DNA of 32,000 nucleotides from Parasynechococcus marenigrum WH 8102 (GCF_000195975.1 NC_005070.1:1890001-1922000); one strand, 5' to 3'; positions 1-8,611 are shown, counted from the stretch's first letter. Program-made: numbers and translations. Notes: a model not told the origin generated them from the letters alone.

Positions 1-704
1 GTCGTGTCCAGACCGCCATGGATGACGGTGCGACGCGTCAGGAGGCTTATGAGTCCATCCCTGAAAAGCTTGCTTTCTACGATTACGTCGGCAACAGCCC
101 TGCTAAGGGTGGTTTGTTCCGTGTTGGCCCGATGGTGAATGGTGATGGTCTGGCCACCTCCTGGGTTGGTCACATCGTCTTCACCGACAGAGAGGGTCGT
201 GAACTTGAGGTTCGCCGCCTGCCCAACTTCTTCGAGAACTTCCCTGTCGTCCTCCAGGACGAGCAAGGCATCGTGCGCGCCGACATTCCCTACCGTCGCG
301 CAGAAGCCAAGTATTCCTTCGAACAGCAGGGAGTCACTGCTGAGGTGTTCGGTGGAGCTCTGGACGGTCAGAGATTCACCGATCCTGCTGACGTTAAGCG
401 TCTGGCTCGTAAGGCTCAGCTTGGAGAGGGCTTTGACTTCGACCGCGAGACCTATGGTTCCGACGGTGTCTTCCGCAGCTCACCCCGCGGCTGGTTCACC
501 TTCGGCCACGCCACCTTTGCGCTCCTCTTCTTCTTCGGTCACATCTGGCACGGTGCTCGCACCCTCTACCGCGATGTGTTTGCCGGTATCGACCCCGATC
601 TCGGCGACCAGGTGGAATTCGGTCTGTTCGCCAAACTTGGCGACAAAACGACCCGCCGTCTGCCCGAGGGCTACGTTCCTCCCGCTGGAACACCCCTCAA
701 CTGA
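1..704 (+). CDS. psbB: Photosystem II CP47 apoprotein PsbB, C-terminal ~230 aa (5' end outside window)
   Basis: The frame of ORF 18..704 stays open back to base 3. The translation carries the conserved CP47 last helix and tail ([34 protein letters not shown]). psbT follows 21 nt downstream, the conserved psbB-psbT arrangement. Confidence 0.93.
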   Translation, partial: RVQTAMDDGATRQEAYESIPEKLAFYDYVGNSPAKGGLFRVGPMVNGDGLATSWVGHIVFTDREGRELEVRRLPNFFENFPVVLQDEQGIVRADIPYRRAEAKYSFEQQGVTAEVFGGALDGQRFTDPADVKRLARKAQLGEGFDFDRETYGSDGVFRSSPRGWFTFGHATFALLFFFGHIWHGARTLYRDVFAGIDPDLGDQVEFGLFAKLGDKTTRRLPEGYVPPAGTPLN

Positions 705-725
705 TCGCCTCTCAGGAGACCCTCG

Positions 726-821
726 ATGGAAAGCTTCGCTTACGTCCTCATCCTTACCCTCGCGATTGCCACTCTGTTTTTTGCAATTGCATTCCGCGAT
801 CCTCCGAAAATCGGCAAGTGA
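726..821 (+). CDS. psbT: Photosystem II protein T (31 aa, below the ORF-track cutoff)
   Basis: Hand translation of ATG726..TGA821 gives [31 protein letters not shown], a canonical single-helix PsbT. It lies directly after psbB. Confidence 0.9.
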   Translation: MESFAYVLILTLAIATLFFAIAFRDPPKIGK

Positions 822-832
822 TCGATCGATTC

Positions 833-859
833 AAAAACCCCGCCACGGCGGGGTTTTTT
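833..859 (+). terminator. Rho-independent terminator after psbB-psbT
   Basis: AAAAA, then CCCCGCC (838-844), ac, GGCGGGG (847-853), then T6 (854-859). Confidence 0.8.
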
Positions 860-1002
860 GTGACCTTTCCTGGATCCAATTCAACGCACCATCGGCCATC
901 CACAGACGACGTCCACCAAGAGGCAAAAGACAACGCAACACCGCCCTTTTCAACAGTCAGTTCAATGTTTAAAGTTGAGAGAGTTCTTTAACTGTTTCCG
1001 GC

Positions 1003-1485
1003 TTGCAGTGCCCTTCCTACCAAAACACTGACAGCCGGGTGCTCGAATCACGGGCAGCTGATGGCGGCAGAAGTGTGCGCCGGCGACGTGAATGCCTGAA
1101 CTGTGAGTTTCGGTTCACCACCTACGAACGCGTGGAAACCGTTCCCATCACGGTGATCAAGCGCAATGGAAACCGAGAAATCTTCAGCCGCAGCAAACTT
1201 CTGCATGGGCTTAACCGGGCGTGCGAAAAGACAGGCCTGGATGCCTCCCGGCTTGAAACCCTTGTGGAAGAGCTGGAACTCAAGCTCCAACAACGCAGTG
1301 GACGCGAAGTCAGCAGCGCTGAAATCGGGGAACTGGTGCTGGTGGAGCTGAAGCAGATGAGCGAAGTTGCCTACATCCGTTTCGCATCCGTTTACCGCCA
1401 ATTCCAGGGCATCGATGATTTCGTTTCGACCCTGGAAACCATGAACCGCAAAGCCGGGCCGGGGCATCTCGCAGCCGTGGGCTGA
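1003..1485 (+). CDS. nrdR: Transcriptional repressor NrdR (zinc-ribbon plus ATP-cone)
   Basis: [17 protein letters not shown]...[20 protein letters not shown] is the NrdR N-terminal signature, followed by an ATP-cone-like region. The start codon is TTG at 1003. The second ribbon cysteine reads Tyr (see findings). Confidence 0.85.
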   Translation: MQCPSYQNTDSRVLESRAADGGRSVRRRRECLNCEFRFTTYERVETVPITVIKRNGNREIFSRSKLLHGLNRACEKTGLDASRLETLVEELELKLQQRSGREVSSAEIGELVLVELKQMSEVAYIRFASVYRQFQGIDDFVSTLETMNRKAGPGHLAAVG

Positions 1486-1586
1486 GCCCCACTGATCTGT
1501 AGGATTCATAGTTCTCCTTGAACCGTCGGCGGGCGGTTCAAGCGAACCACTCGTACTACCCGCATGAGGTAGACCGCCATACCCCC

Positions 1587-2690
1587 ATGTCCGCGACTCC
1601 CACGGAAGAGCAGCTTCAGGACGTCCAAACCGCAGCGACCGAAGAGGTCAGCCAGGACGCCGCCGCAGCTGTCGCCAGCGTTGATGAAGCCTTCGAGGCC
1701 GCAGAAGATCTCGGCATCCCCGAGGACGTTCCCACCGCTGATGATCCGGGCAGCCGAGCCAGCAGCCGCAATCTCGATGACGCTGGATTCACCATTGATG
1801 AATTCGCTGCGCTGCTGAGCAAGTACGACTACAACTTCAAGCCTGGCGACATCGTTAACGGCACCGTCTTCGCCCTGGAAGCCAAGGGCGCGATGATCGA
1901 TATCGGGGCTAAGACCGCTGCCTTCATGCCTCTGCAGGAGGTGTCGATCAATCGGGTGGAAGGGCTGAGCGATGTGCTGCAGCCCGGCGAGATCCGCGAG
2001 TTCTTCATCATGAGTGAAGAAAACGAGGATGGACAGCTCGCGCTCTCGGTGCGGCGCATCGAATACCAACGGGCCTGGGAACGGGTGCGCCAGCTGCAGA
2101 AAGAGGACGCCACCATCTACTCCGAGGTGTTTGCCACCAACCGCGGTGGTGCCCTGGTTCGGGTGGAAGGCCTGAGGGGCTTTATCCCTGGCTCCCACAT
2201 CAGCACCCGCAAACCGAAGGAAGAGCTGGTGGCCGACTTCCTGCCTCTGAAATTCCTCGAGGTGGATGAAGAGCGCAACCGCCTGGTGCTCAGCCATCGC
2301 CGGGCCCTGGTTGAGCGCAAGATGAATCGCCTCGAGGTCGGCGAAGTGGTGGTCGGCACCGTTCGCGGCATCAAGCCCTACGGCGCCTTCATCGACATCG
2401 GCGGCGTCAGCGGCCTGCTGCACATCTCGGAGATCAGCCACGAACACATCGAGACCCCCCACTCGGTGCTCAACGTGAATGATCAGATGAAGGTGATGAT
2501 CATCGATCTCGACGCTGAACGAGGCCGGATCTCACTTTCAACCAAGGCGCTGGAACCGGAGCCCGGCGACATGCTCACCGACCCCCAGAAGGTGTTCGAG
2601 AAAGCAGAGGAAATGGCTGCCCGCTACAAGCAGATGCTGCTGGAGCAGGCCGAGGAAGGAGAGGATCCGATCGGTTCCATGATGATCTGA
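1587..2690 (+). CDS. rpsA: 30S ribosomal protein S1 (multiple S1 RNA-binding domains)
   Basis: Repeated S1-domain motifs are present (GDIVNGTVFALE..., GEVVVGTVRGIKPYGAFIDIGGVSGLLHISEIS). The ORF track opens at 1518 on a non-ATG codon. The first ATG is 1587 (MSATPTEEQL), taken here as the start. Confidence 0.88.
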   Translation: MSATPTEEQLQDVQTAATEEVSQDAAAAVASVDEAFEAAEDLGIPEDVPTADDPGSRASSRNLDDAGFTIDEFAALLSKYDYNFKPGDIVNGTVFALEAKGAMIDIGAKTAAFMPLQEVSINRVEGLSDVLQPGEIREFFIMSEENEDGQLALSVRRIEYQRAWERVRQLQKEDATIYSEVFATNRGGALVRVEGLRGFIPGSHISTRKPKEELVADFLPLKFLEVDEERNRLVLSHRRALVERKMNRLEVGEVVVGTVRGIKPYGAFIDIGGVSGLLHISEISHEHIETPHSVLNVNDQMKVMIIDLDAERGRISLSTKALEPEPGDMLTDPQKVFEKAEEMAARYKQMLLEQAEEGEDPIGSMMI

Positions 2691-2696
2691 TTCGCC

Positions 2697-3473
2697 ATGG
2701 CGACACTGCTGCTGAGGGGTGTTCCCATCGGCACGATCCAGGGGGTGCTGTTCGACAAGGACGGCACCCTTTCCTTTAGCGAGCCGCACTTGCTCGATCT
2801 AGCCGAACGACGGATTCAGATCGCTGAAGAGCTCTGGAACTGCCAAGACCCCTCCCCCAAAAAGGAGAACACGCTCGGGCCGATGTTGCGCCGTGCCTTT
2901 GGCATTCAAGGCGAACAGCTACACCCTGGTGGAACCCTGGCGGTTGCTGCACGACAGGACAACCTGACCACGATGGCCACGGTGTTCTGTCTGCATGGAT
3001 GCAGCTGGCCCGGTGCAATCGCTCTGGCCCAGAGCTGTTTTGATCAATGCGATCAGCAGGAGCAAGATCGAAACAGCATCAGTCCACTGCTGGATGGGGC
3101 TGAAGACCTCCTGCGCAGCTTGCATTCACAAGGCATCACCAACGCCATCATCAGCAACGACACCCGTGCAGGGATCCACGCCTTTCTCCAGCACCACGGC
3201 CTCAGTCATCTGATCGCTGCCTGTTGGAGTGCCGATGACAGCCCGCGAAAACCGGATCCTGCCGCTGTTTTGAGTCTCTGTGCACGTATGGGGCTCGATC
3301 CTGAAGAGTGCGCCTTGATCGGTGATGCCGAAACCGATCTACAAATGGCAGCGGCCGCTGGCATCCGTTTCGTGATCGGCTACGGCGGTGGCTGGGGACT
3401 GACACCCGAACTCCCCAGCGCTACGCATTGGTTGGACAACTGGGCGGAGATGGGGCTAGAAGCCGACCCGTAA
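2697..3473 (+). CDS. HAD-superfamily hydrolase (phosphatase-like)
   Basis: HAD motif I is present (VLFDKDGTL), followed by IISND and a late IGDAETD motif. The specific substrate cannot be inferred. Confidence 0.75.
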   Translation: MATLLLRGVPIGTIQGVLFDKDGTLSFSEPHLLDLAERRIQIAEELWNCQDPSPKKENTLGPMLRRAFGIQGEQLHPGGTLAVAARQDNLTTMATVFCLHGCSWPGAIALAQSCFDQCDQQEQDRNSISPLLDGAEDLLRSLHSQGITNAIISNDTRAGIHAFLQHHGLSHLIAACWSADDSPRKPDPAAVLSLCARMGLDPEECALIGDAETDLQMAAAAGIRFVIGYGGGWGLTPELPSATHWLDNWAEMGLEADP

Positions 3474-3497
3474 AGTCCTGCCACAAGATTCCATTCC

Positions 3498-4757
3498 ATG
3501 AGCCGTTACGTCTTCACATCTGAATCGGTCACGGAGGGACATCCCGACAAGATCTGTGATCAGGTCAGCGATGCGGTGCTGGATGCTCTGCTGGCCCAGG
3601 ACCCCAGCAGTCGGGTGGCCTGCGAAACGGTGGTGAACACCGGGCTGTGCATGATCACCGGCGAGGTGACCTCCAAAGCGCAGGTGGATTTCATTCACCT
3701 GGTGCGCAACGTGATCAAAGAAATCGGTTACAGCGGAGCTCGAGCCGGTGGCTTCGATGCCAACAGCTGCGCGGTGCTGGTGGCCCTCGACCAGCAGTCT
3801 CCAGACATTGCCCAGGGTGTGGACGAAGCCGATGACCACGAGGGCGATCCCCTCGACCGTGTCGGCGCCGGCGACCAGGGCATCATGTTCGGCTACGCCT
3901 GCAACGAGACCCCGGAGCTGATGCCACTGCCCATCAGCCTGGCCCACCGTCTCGCGAAGCGTCTGGCCGAGGTCCGTCACAACGGCAGCCTCGAGTACCT
4001 GCTGCCCGACGGCAAGACCCAGGTGAGTGTGGTTTACGAGAACGACAAGCCCGTCGCCATCGACACGATCCTGATCTCCACGCAGCACACGGCCGAAGTG
4101 GCCGGCATCAGCGATGAGCAGGGCATCCGTGAGCGCATCACCGAAGACCTGTGGACCCATGTGGTGGAACCAGCCACCGCCGATCTGGCCCTGAAACCCA
4201 GCCGCGAGGCCACGAAATATCTGGTGAACCCCACCGGCAAGTTTGTGGTGGGTGGTCCCCAGGGTGATGCCGGCCTCACCGGCCGCAAAATCATCGTGGA
4301 CACCTACGGCGGCTATGCCCGCCACGGCGGTGGCGCCTTCTCCGGCAAAGATCCCACCAAGGTGGATCGCTCCGCCGCCTATGCCGCCCGCTACGTGGCC
4401 AAGTGCCTGGTGGCCTCCGGCCTGGCTGAACGCGCTGAAGTGCAGCTGAGCTACGCCATCGGCGTCGCCAAGCCTGTGTCGATCCTGGTGGAGTCCTTCG
4501 GGACTGGGAAGGTGTCGAATGCTGAGCTCACCGAACTGGTGCAGGAGCATTTCGACCTGCGCCCCGGCGCCATCATCGAAACCTTCGGACTGCGCAACCT
4601 GCCCCAGCAGCGCGGTGGTCGCTTCTACCAAGACACAGCCGCCTACGGCCACTTCGGTCGTAACGACCTCAAAGCCCCCTGGGAGGATGTGGCCGCCAAG
4701 AGCGAAGAGCTGGTGAAGGCAGAAGCCAAGCGCATCAAGCAAGGCGCCACGGTTTGA
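3498..4757 (+). CDS. metK: S-adenosylmethionine synthetase
   Basis: Full-length MetK signatures: [60 protein letters not shown]. Confidence 0.97.
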   Translation: MSRYVFTSESVTEGHPDKICDQVSDAVLDALLAQDPSSRVACETVVNTGLCMITGEVTSKAQVDFIHLVRNVIKEIGYSGARAGGFDANSCAVLVALDQQSPDIAQGVDEADDHEGDPLDRVGAGDQGIMFGYACNETPELMPLPISLAHRLAKRLAEVRHNGSLEYLLPDGKTQVSVVYENDKPVAIDTILISTQHTAEVAGISDEQGIRERITEDLWTHVVEPATADLALKPSREATKYLVNPTGKFVVGGPQGDAGLTGRKIIVDTYGGYARHGGGAFSGKDPTKVDRSAAYAARYVAKCLVASGLAERAEVQLSYAIGVAKPVSILVESFGTGKVSNAELTELVQEHFDLRPGAIIETFGLRNLPQQRGGRFYQDTAAYGHFGRNDLKAPWEDVAAKSEELVKAEAKRIKQGATV

Positions 4758-4758
4758 C

Positions 4759-6024
4759 GTGAACGTTGAAACATCGCTGGCGCTCGGCATCGACCTGGGC
4801 ACCAGCGGTGTTCGCATTGCGGTGCTGAATCAGCAGGGCACGCTGATTCATTCGTCGTCCGCTGAGTACGCCACGGGATTAACAGCCCCCTTGGACTGGG
4901 CTGAGGCGTGCCGCGACTTGATCACCCATTTGCCCGCTCAGATCAGAGGTCAACTGGCCGCTGTTGCGGTCGATGGCACCTCGGGCACGCTTCTGGCTTG
5001 TCGGGAGGATGGCACCCCCATGGGGCCTGCACTGAGCTACGCCACCGCGTTCCCCGAGCAGAACAGTGCACTCAAACGGCTGGTGCCAGATGGCTGCGCG
5101 GCATCCAGCAGCGGCGGCAGCTTGGCGCGAGCCCTGCAGTTGCTGAAGCACCATGGCCACATTGATCGCCTGCGACATCAAGCCGACTGGATCAGCGGTT
5201 GGTTCCTGCAGAACTGGCAATGGGGCGAAGAGGGCAACAACCTCAAGCTTGGATGGGACCTTGAGCAAGCCACCTGGCAGGGCTGCATCGCTGATCAGTC
5301 CTGGAGTTCGGCCTTGCCTGAGGTGAAGCCAAGCGGTTCCGTGCTGGGACGCATCGCAATCGATCAGGCCAGGAATCTTGGCGTGCCAGAGGATCTGCTC
5401 GTGGTGGCCGGTACAACCGATTCCAACGCGGCGGTGTTGGCCGCGAACCCCGGCGACAACGACGGGATCACCGTGCTGGGCACCACTCTGGTGATGAAGC
5501 GATTCACGCCAGTACCGATCCAAGGAGCCGGCATCACGCGGCATCGGATCGGGCAGCGATGGTTGTGTGGCGGGGCTTCCAACGCTGGGGCCGGCGTGCT
5601 GCGGCGTTATTTCACCGATGCTGAGCTGGCGGAACTCAGCCGCCAGATCGACCCAGACCAAGACAGCGGCCTGAGTTACCAGCCCCTTCCGGCCCGTGGC
5701 GAGCGATTTCCCGTGGACGATCCCAACCTCGAGCCGGTGCTGGAGCCACGGCCGGTGAGTGATGCCCTGTTTCTGCATGGGCTGCTGGAAGGTCTGGCGG
5801 AGATTGAGGCCAAGGGTTGGGAGCGACTGACGGAACTCGGGGCGGATCCACCGCAACGGGTGATCAGCCTCGGCGGTGGTGCCCGAAACCCCCAGTGGCG
5901 CAAGATCCGGCAGCGGCGGCTTGGCCTTCCCGTGGTGAGTTGCAACCAACCACCGGCCGCAGGTGTTGCCCTGCTGGCCCTGAGTCGGCAGCGGCAGACC
6001 GAGTACAAGATGAACAAGTCATAA
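4759..6024 (+). CDS. FGGY-family carbohydrate kinase
   Basis: N-terminal actin-fold ATPase motif LGIDLGTSGVRIAVL and a C-terminal GGGARN motif typical of the FGGY family. GTG start at 4759, two bases after the metK stop. Confidence 0.75.
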   Translation: MNVETSLALGIDLGTSGVRIAVLNQQGTLIHSSSAEYATGLTAPLDWAEACRDLITHLPAQIRGQLAAVAVDGTSGTLLACREDGTPMGPALSYATAFPEQNSALKRLVPDGCAASSSGGSLARALQLLKHHGHIDRLRHQADWISGWFLQNWQWGEEGNNLKLGWDLEQATWQGCIADQSWSSALPEVKPSGSVLGRIAIDQARNLGVPEDLLVVAGTTDSNAAVLAANPGDNDGITVLGTTLVMKRFTPVPIQGAGITRHRIGQRWLCGGASNAGAGVLRRYFTDAELAELSRQIDPDQDSGLSYQPLPARGERFPVDDPNLEPVLEPRPVSDALFLHGLLEGLAEIEAKGWERLTELGADPPQRVISLGGGARNPQWRKIRQRRLGLPVVSCNQPPAAGVALLALSRQRQTEYKMNKS

Positions 6025-6171
6025 GATTTTCGCCATACATTCATTACCGAGTTATCAAATGCAATTCTCAGTCCATAAAGGCAAACATTTTGTTGCAAGC
6101 TGGCTGAATTGAACTGGTTTCTCAGTTCATAGCTTTATCCTCTCCGATATCAATCTCAATACAGATCAGAA

Positions 6172-7074
6172 ATGATCGCCATCAAGCCGACCCGCGACTT
6201 CACGAATCTTGGCCGGATTTCATTCTCCGCCAACAACGCCTCCAAACCCAAACAGAACACCGCAATCAATCGCTACCGAGCCGAACAAACCCAGGGGGGT
6301 TTGATATCGCGCAAAGGCCTGGCTGCATCCTCACAAAACGAGTACAAAGAGAATCTTTGCTCAGCGATGGGGATTGGAATCGGCCCCAGAGTTCACAGCG
6401 AATGTCCTTTTAGCAGTGTTAATGATCAATATGCTGCAACAGGGAACGAAGCTCTTGAGGTGGCAATCGAAGCGGCATATCGGCAGGTACTCGGGAATCT
6501 TGGACCAACGATCAGTCAGAAATGCATCGAACTTGAATCGCAACTAAAGAATGGCGAGATAAGCGTCAGAGATTTCGTGGCGGGACTTGCAAAGAGTGAT
6601 CTCTACAGGGAAAACTACTTTTCGAAAGTTTCGCCAATCCGCGGCATCGAGCTGAACTACAAGCACCTTCTCGGTCGGCCGCCGATCAATCAAGCAGAAG
6701 TAAGTGCTGCCATAAGCCTTATCGCATCCAAAGGCTTTAATGCGTTCATCGATCAGATCACACGGTCTGGGGAATACCTAGAGGTTTTCGGAACAGACAC
6801 AGTTCCATACCTGCGTGCATGGACATCAGAAGCACGCGCCTATTGTTCAACTTTTGCCAACCTTGCTCGCGTCACTCCTGGCAATGCAAGCTCAGACACT
6901 ATTGTTGAGCGACGGAGCCAACTGGTTGTTGAGTTCAGCAATGCACGTAGCCTGAGCGAGGCTGGCAACAAATATGAAGTCAGTGGCTTCTCTTATTCCA
7001 AAGCAACAAGCGATCCCACCTCTGCGGCATTCCTCAGAATGTACCAATCCAAAACAGCAAAATCCTGGAACTAA
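6172..7074 (+). CDS. mpeE: Phycoerythrin-II-associated rod linker, MpeE-like (PBS-linker domain, no CpcD tail)
   Basis: PBS-linker core is present (AYRQVLGN...ISVRDFVAGLAKSDLYRENYF...ELNYKHLLGRPP...EVFGTDTVPY). It also has the N-terminal motif LCSAMGIGIGPRVHSECPF shared with MpeC and MpeD in this window. The mpeE name comes from remembered synteny: a lone linker upstream of the tRNA-Phe. Confidence 0.7.
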   Translation: MIAIKPTRDFTNLGRISFSANNASKPKQNTAINRYRAEQTQGGLISRKGLAASSQNEYKENLCSAMGIGIGPRVHSECPFSSVNDQYAATGNEALEVAIEAAYRQVLGNLGPTISQKCIELESQLKNGEISVRDFVAGLAKSDLYRENYFSKVSPIRGIELNYKHLLGRPPINQAEVSAAISLIASKGFNAFIDQITRSGEYLEVFGTDTVPYLRAWTSEARAYCSTFANLARVTPGNASSDTIVERRSQLVVEFSNARSLSEAGNKYEVSGFSYSKATSDPTSAAFLRMYQSKTAKSWN

Positions 7075-7106
7075 TCAATATAAACCACCAAAATCCAGGC
7101 TGACCA

Positions 7107-7142
7107 AACGTAGGACTTGCGACACGCAAGTCCTACGTTTTC
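7107..7142 (+). terminator. Strong hairpin terminator after the mpeE-like gene
   Basis: Perfect 16-nt inverted repeat AAACGTAGGACTTGCG (7107-7122) / CGCAAGTCCTACGTTT (7125-7140). It has an A-run on the 5' side and T-run on the 3' side, so it could act bidirectionally. Confidence 0.75.
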
Positions 7143-7157
7143 GAAGTCAAATCAGTT

Positions 7158-7271
7158 ATGACTAAAAAACTCCAAGAAATTCTTTCTATTTTTTTGTTTG
7201 TAGTGTTGTCTTGCTACGTCGGCTTTAGTGCTGTTCGCTTCGGCTCACTGCTGTGGCAACGCTTGAGCTAA
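7158..7271 (+). CDS. Candidate 37-aa single-pass membrane peptide (unannotated small ORF)
   Basis: Hand translation of ATG7158..TAA7271 gives MTKKLQEILSIFLFVVLSCYVGFSAVRFGSLLWQRLS: a basic N-terminus, ~20 hydrophobic residues and a basic C-terminus. There is no recognisable family and no clear SD. Confidence 0.35.
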   Translation: MTKKLQEILSIFLFVVLSCYVGFSAVRFGSLLWQRLS

Positions 7272-7299
7272 CTCCAGCAATTTCCTCCTTAGCAGCAAA

Positions 7300-7575
7300 A
7301 TGCCTTCTGATCCTTTGACTCCTGCCGTCAGCGCTCGGATCTGCAAACACATGAATGAGGATCACGCTGAGGCCGTTTTGGCCTACGCCCACCACTACGG
7401 CGGAGTGGATGCAGCATCGGCCGCCGAAATGGTGGCTGTCTCAGCAACAGACATGGAGCTGAAGGTGGACGGACAGCCACTGCGCATTCCCTTCGATCAC
7501 ACCCTCACCGACAGCGAGGACGCCCATCGCACCCTTGTGGCGATGCTTCGTGCCATGCCCAAACAGGACGCCTGA
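7300..7575 (+). CDS. DUF2470-family small protein (haem-binding-like fold)
   Basis: The motif ICKHMNEDHAEAVLAYAHHYGG is the characteristic DUF2470 N-terminal signature. Length is 91 aa. Confidence 0.65.
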   Translation: MPSDPLTPAVSARICKHMNEDHAEAVLAYAHHYGGVDAASAAEMVAVSATDMELKVDGQPLRIPFDHTLTDSEDAHRTLVAMLRAMPKQDA

Positions 7576-7606
7576 GGGGAATCCTTCCAGCAGCCTTGCT
7601 TGATCG

Positions 7607-8242
7607 TTGTACCACCAACTGCTGAAGCTGGGCCGACAGCTGCTGATTCAGCCCACCTGCCGGCTCTGCCGATTCCCCCTCTGTCCGGACACTGAGGCAG
7701 ACCCGATCTGCCCGCCATGCCATGACCGGTTTCAGCTCAAAAAAGGTGGTCTTTACGGATCGGCACCGCTGCCATGGCATGGCCTCTCGTATTACGACGG
7801 TGCTTTCCGCACCCTGCTGCTGCGACTGAAACGCCGTCCTGACGATCGTCAGTTGTCGGCCCTGATCGGTTGCCTGCGAGCAACCCTGCCGATGCCGTAT
7901 CCAGCCGTGCTCGTTCCTATCCCCAGCTGGAAACGCCGGCGGGCTAACCCCCTGCCGGGCTTGATTGCCACAACCCTGGGCCAGGTCCGAACCGATCTGC
8001 TGCAGCGCACCCGGGCCAGCGCCGGCCAACATCACCTGAACCGTCAGCAGAGGTTGTCGAACCTCAGCGGTGCCTTCAAGGTCAGCGCCCATCTACAAGC
8101 CATGGAGATCTGGCTGGTGGATGACTTTCTTACCACAGGGGGCACAGCCCTGGCAGCGAGACAAGCCCTGCTGGATGCCGGTCATCAGGTCTGCGGCTTG
8201 ATCTGTTTGGGGCGCACCCCCATCCGTTGCCTCCGGCGGTGA
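7607..8242 (+). CDS. ComF/GntX-family phosphoribosyltransferase-domain protein
   Basis: N-terminal Cys pairs (CRLCRF...CPPC) and a C-terminal PRTase loop (WLVDDFLTTGGTALAA). The only in-frame start after the upstream stop at 7601 is TTG7607, so the start is uncertain. Confidence 0.7.
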   Translation: MYHQLLKLGRQLLIQPTCRLCRFPLCPDTEADPICPPCHDRFQLKKGGLYGSAPLPWHGLSYYDGAFRTLLLRLKRRPDDRQLSALIGCLRATLPMPYPAVLVPIPSWKRRRANPLPGLIATTLGQVRTDLLQRTRASAGQHHLNRQQRLSNLSGAFKVSAHLQAMEIWLVDDFLTTGGTALAARQALLDAGHQVCGLICLGRTPIRCLRR

Positions 8243-8272
8243 TTTAAAGTGTATGTGTCGCGCAGGCGACGT

Positions 8273-8345
8273 GCCGGGATAGCTCAGTTGGTAGAGCAGG
8301 CGACTGAAAATCGCCGTGTCCCCAGTTCAAATCTGGGTCCTGGCA
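8273..8345 (+). tRNA. trnF: tRNA-Phe (anticodon GAA)
   Basis: It folds by eye as a cloverleaf: acceptor GCCGGGA/TCCTGGC (one G-U), D arm GCTC-AGTTGGTA-GAGC, anticodon arm GGCGA-CTGAAAA-TCGCC, T arm CCCAG-TTCAAAT-CTGGG, discriminator A. Length is 73 nt and no CCA is encoded. Confidence 0.93.
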
Positions 8346-8366
8346 TCTTTCGATGCCAAATCTGTC

Positions 8367-8606
8367 GTGTCATTCATCTCACCTGATGCAGGCACAGATC
8401 GGGTGTTCGATAACGCCGACAGCTTTGCGATGGTGTTTGATCGCAACTGGAAGCAGTTGCGGTCCAAGGGCAACGGTGATGTGAGTCATGACGACCACCT
8501 GGAAGCCGTGTTCGCGGCCATGGCAGATCACCCCTTCCTGATCAGCTCGCCCGAGATGGCCAGACAGGTTGCTGCCTTCCGGATACGCCTACTGGAGCTG
8601 AGCTGA
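8367..8606 (+). CDS. Small hypothetical protein next to tRNA-Phe (unk-type PBS-region gene)
   Basis: ORF-track frame 8316..8606 overlaps the tRNA, so the real start must lie downstream (GTG8367 or ATG8430). It shares a WKQLRSK motif with ORF 26730..27179. Confidence 0.45.
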   Translation: MSFISPDAGTDRVFDNADSFAMVFDRNWKQLRSKGNGDVSHDDHLEAVFAAMADHPFLISSPEMARQVAAFRIRLLELS

Positions 8607-8611
8607 AGCGA

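Noticed and set aside
139-972. 277-aa plus-strand ORF overlapping psbB, psbT and the terminator
   Set aside because: It is an alternate frame of psbB with Ser/Pro/Thr-rich junk sequence, and it reads straight through a terminator hairpin.
1506-2462. 318-aa minus-strand ORF antisense to rpsA, plus several shorter antisense ORFs (1616..1822, 1829..2116, 2117..2374)
   Set aside because: These are shadow frames of a clearly recognisable S1 protein gene and have no domain features.
3456-4817. 453-aa minus-strand ORF antisense to metK
   Set aside because: It fully overlaps an unambiguous metK. The product is a Gly/Ala/His/Val-rich low-complexity string typical of shadow ORFs in GC-rich DNA.
4879-5949. 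356-aa minus-strand ORF antisense to the FGGY kinase gene
   Set aside because: It is a shadow ORF. The plus-strand product has the kinase motifs, while the antisense product is Pro/Gly/Arg-rich with no recognisable fold.
7281-7290. Perfect Shine-Dalgarno-like AAGGAGGAAA on the minus strand (TTTCCTCCTT on plus) just upstream of the DUF2470 gene
   Set aside because: On the minus strand it is followed only by a TTG 3 nt away and an 11-codon frame, so there is no plausible gene. On the plus strand it is an anti-SD-like pyrimidine tract of no obvious function.
8342-8357. Small hairpin GGCATC-TTTC-GATGCC overlapping the tRNA-Phe 3' end
   Set aside because: It has only 6 bp and no U-tract, and it competes with the tRNA acceptor stem. 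It is probably fortuitous or a minor processing signal.
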